From Setoptus koraiensis (taxonomy: Eukaryota; Animalia; Arthropoda): a stretch of 64,000 nucleotides of DNA. The DNA lies in contig CM106586.1 in the NCBI GenBank assembly GCA_048013815.1, positions 10,726,001 to 10,790,000 on the forward strand. Reading direction: 5' to 3'. The notes under the pieces were generated by a model. That model saw nothing but the letters and a program-made list of their open reading frames with translations, ran no database searches and was not told where the DNA came from. This document shows positions 60,135-64,000 of this stretch, piece after piece. Numbering within the stretch: position 1 is the stretch's first letter; every line of letters starts with the position of its first letter. The translations under genes were made by a program, and so were the position numbers.

Positions 60135-62927
60135 TTAGAGTTTTGGCCTAACTTTACCTTTCCATTCTGTAGCTTTAATTGTGATCGGTTTCTGGTAGAA
60201 GCATCTATCCAAGAAGCCATCCATTGTTCTGAACAGATGTAATCTCACATCGCTCAACGAATGATCGGAATCAGGATACAATTGTGTCTGATGAATGACG
60301 CCGCCCACGACATGATGCTCAGTGAGGGCCTTTATAAATTGCATTGAATGCTGAACGTGGACCCTCTCATCGGCCGTTCCATGAATTATGAGAACTTTCC
60401 TAGTGGCAAAGTCGTAGCCTCGCTTCAATAGATTGGCCTTTTCATATTTGAGATTGTTTGAATCAATCCATGGCAAGCCCAGAAAATGTTCCGCCGTGTA
60501 GGTGTCCAAATATTTGAAATTTGTTATTGGTGCCACAGCAATGGTGCACTGAATGGATTTTGTGTCATCATCGGCAGTGGTGGCGAGGGCAACATAAGAC
60601 GAAGTTGATGTCGGGCCCCAAATTGCAATTCGTTTCCTGTCTATAAAAGGGAAATCGTCCACGGCATCAATCAGATATCTGATGACATCCACTTGATCCT
60701 TTGAATTAAACACAGGCGATGTCGATATAAATCTGACGTCATTGTCTGTTGAGCCAAACGATGAGCTCGAGGCCAAATTTCTTGCCCTAATACAATCAAT
60801 TTTGATATAAACAAGCTGCTTCCTGCTAGCCAAATATTTTCCCCAATCAATCTCGAATTTGCTCCAAACGTTGCGATGCTCCAAATCGGAGGACTCTATC
60901 AACAACGGGAATCGTTTGTCTTTCTCTTCTTCAATTTCCGTGGGCAGATACATTTTCATGTGAACATCGTAGGGCAATTGATTATCCATTTTGAGCACAA
61001 TTAGCTTCTCTTGGGGCAGTTGTTTCGCTTGCAATATTTGCTCTATGTGAACATTTGTTCCCAAAACAAACGCACTAGTCAAATTGGCTAAGAAGCGTAG
61101 CCTTATGACAGGCACAGAGGGTCCCAAACATTCGTGTACCATATATTGGGCCCCAAAAGGACTCACGTGTGAGTTACTGTAGCCACAGGGCTCTCTCAGG
61201 TTGCACGTGAGACATTCCGCCCGGCGTGCCTGCAATAGACTAGCCTGAGTGATACGATACAAATGCCTCTCAGGCTGGCGGGTACTCTTGGCCTCGTAAT
61301 ACAGACTGTCCGACATAGAATCGTATAGGACTAGCCTGTCGACGTCGTATTCGCCGTAAGTTAAAAATTTCACGTAACGTTCCCCTGCCCTAACCATGGC
61401 TATGTGATAATGATCGCCAATGTCCGAATCGGGCCTGGGCAATGCAAGAAACGTCAATCTTGTTTGATTTTGATTATAGCCCGTGATTATAGTCTGCTTT
61501 GAGTTTTTCATGATGGGTATTTTCTGATTGAATATAGTCAACATTTCGCATGTCCATTGTTCGCCCGGTGACGCCGGTCGGCTATTCCAGAAGCCACTGC
61601 CTGAGCTACTTCCGGCGGATTGTTTGTTGCCACATAGCGACAATAGGGATGAGTTTTGTGCTCTCGATGACCACATGACTAGCAGTTCGTTTGTTGGTAG
61701 CCACTCAACGTATGTGATGTAGTGCAATAATCGACCGTCTTGTTGATTGGCTATAATTTCGTTTGGTGGCGTCACTTCGATAGGTTCGAAATTATTCGGA
61801 TAATTCAATCTGACCACATTGATTGCAATTCGTGGATTTTTAGCGCCAGCTCTAGGATAACGCTCATAATAGATCTTTGGGTTCACATTTGTGTCGGCAA
61901 TGTAGCTGTCGTAGTACTCTATGGGACTTGATTCAACCTGACTGTCGTCAAATGTAATATAAGCCAAATGGCTGGCATCCGGCGACCACCAAATGGCCGC
62001 GTCATTGGGATTGGTGTAGATGTTCAGACGATACAAACTATCCGGCATTCCGTTGGTGATTATGTTTGATTCGCCCGTTGTTGTGAGACGAACAATTTTG
62101 CTTTCTTTGGCCAGATCATGAATATAGTAAATATCATTGTTGTCAACGAAAACAATGGAGTTTGTTTCGCCCACCCAGGAAGCATATTGAAGTTTTGGAA
62201 CTTTCTGTGGATAATCCAGTTTGACCAGGTCGTCCAAAAATATAACAGTTCTGGAGGAAACAAATGACAACAAGTAAATTGAGTTATCCAGCCGAATGAT
62301 GTAGAATGGTTTACAAAATAGAGATTTAGTTGTGCATTACTCACTGTGAAGATATGTTGAAAATGGCAAATCGGCCCGAGACAGGCATGCCTAGCTCTTT
62401 CTTGAGATCCGACACGAACAATATCGACCTCCTGTCTGCCGATAGCTTAAAACTGGCCATTGTATGCAGAGTTTTATCTGATGTCTTTACCAGTATGGAT
62501 GTGGTCATGTTTATGCGGGCATCAAATATGGCGATACTGCCATTTTGGTCTACGTAGGCTATCTCATTGGCCGATATCCACGAGCCGTTGAATCTTTTCA
62601 CTCGATACTGGTCAGCTATGATGGGATCTAGGTCCAGTTTCATTCTGTAATTGTCGACATCGCTGTCTGTTAGAGTGTAAAGATTGTGCAAATTAATTCG
62701 AATCTGATTAATGCGAGATCAAACACAAACCATACTTCTGGCTTTGTATGTTGTTCAGCCTAGCTATACTCACTTGTGGTGGATAATATTATAGATAATA
62801 TGATGAGGCTTGATATTATGCTAATCATCAGCAACGATATCGAAATTCCCTTCCAATTCTTTTTCTCCTTCTCGCCGACAACAATGTCCTCGTCGTCCAG
62901 GGCTCCAACTTTGTGTTCGAAATCCAT
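60135..62927 (-). CDS. DPP10: DPP6/DPP10-like inactive dipeptidyl peptidase, type II membrane protein; exons 62927-62774, 62666-62345, 62250-60135 (863 aa)
   Basis: KNWKGISISLLMISIISSLIILSIIL signal anchor, beta-propeller motifs (AAIWWSPD, YPRAGAKNP), nucleophile elbow WGPTSTSSY instead of GWSYGG, HGTADERVH and YPDSDH. GT-AG introns in phases 1 and 2; total 2592 nt. Confidence 0.88.
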
Positions 62928-64000
62928 GATGGTATGCTATTATTACTATTCAATGATAAGACGGCTATTAGATCTTAGGAACTGCATTCTTGACCACAGC
63001 GTCTCATTCGAAATCTCCAGCCCTACTCACCTTTCAGTTTTCTAATAAAATTTTTTCTACTGATCTCTGGAAAGCTAGACACAAAATTTGTATTCTGTGG
63101 TCAAGCCACTAGCCAGTTTCTAGTTATGCGAGATACCTAAATTGAGGAACCGCGGATTATCCCATTGGGAACTCAGTATTCGCGATGAATGCTCCGTCTT
63201 GCTATCGTCAAACTGTGCCAATTCGCAAGTATATGTTGTATGATCCAATTCAAACCATCGTTACTCTGAGATTGTCCAAGAGAATTTGTAGTGTTGCTCA
63301 AAATCGTGTTTCGCATGCATTCCAACAATCAGTGTTAGTTGACTGTCAAAACAAAACAAATACAACTAACTCGAACATGCTGACAGGGATTCCTTTGCAT
63401 TGTCAACTCGGATGTTTAGTGTAAAGAAGTCTCACAGAGTGGCAAAGGCCTCAATTCTTTGAGGAGCAGTCAGGCTGCATACCTCTGCTAACGGGACTAC
63501 GGTAGACGCGAATCTAATGCGAACGAAGCGCAGATCGGAAGGCGCGCAAACTCACTGCTAGCTGATGAGGATGTGAGAGATCAGTTAGCTTCTGCAAGCC
63601 AACGCTATCATTATTTATCGAGTAAATTTTAAACGAGATCGATGACAAAATAAAATCGCCATTCGTTGATATACAGCTTGTCAACTGCTGTTTAGACAAA
63701 TATTCTCGTACTATTGAAGACGCTTTTGTGGTCGTAGTGTAACGCGATGTAGCATTTCAAACAATTGTTGTATTTTATTTTGATAGACTATGATAAATAA
63801 GAAATGGAATAGAATATATAGCAATTCAGTTTCATAAGAGATAATTTGCAGGGTGTATATCCTGCACGCCGTTTTATGATGTTATGAGCGCATTTCATTG
63901 AATTGTCATTATCACTGACCGGAATTGCGCTTATCCATGAACAACGAAATGCCCTCTTGTGCCTTGGAAGCAGACACGGACGCCAGTTTAGATGCAGTGG

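Overview
Eukaryotic (arthropod, most plausibly acariform/eriophyoid-type mite; this is inference) genomic window with compact, largely intron-poor housekeeping genes: DNAJC21 (truncated by the window edge), a 95-aa orphan, Hsp60, Mmp1, par-1/MARK, an inactive serine-protease homologue, Aldh, a DnaJ-TM protein, an MFS transporter, SLC41A, a secreted stefin-like protein, a multi-CUB protein, ATG10, PTPA and a DPP6/10-like protein. There is a ~15 kb GC/CpG-rich stretch with no recognisable gene (16.4-31.7 kb) and an ~8 kb mosaic of transposon, retroelement and pseudogene fragments (48.5-56.8 kb) ending in a 130-bp satellite and a 500-N assembly gap. Highlights: (1) intronless PTPA lies entirely inside intron 1 of ATG10 on the same strand; (2) a 331-bp Tc1/mariner derivative with perfect 26-bp TIRs and a TA target splits the CUB gene, and removing it restores the frame exactly; (3) a viral-envelope-like ORF fragment, a TIR element with a 9-bp TSD and a four-copy structured hairpin repeat sit in the mosaic; (4) a secreted stefin-like protein lacks QxVxG. 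All family assignments are by motif recognition; no database searches were run.
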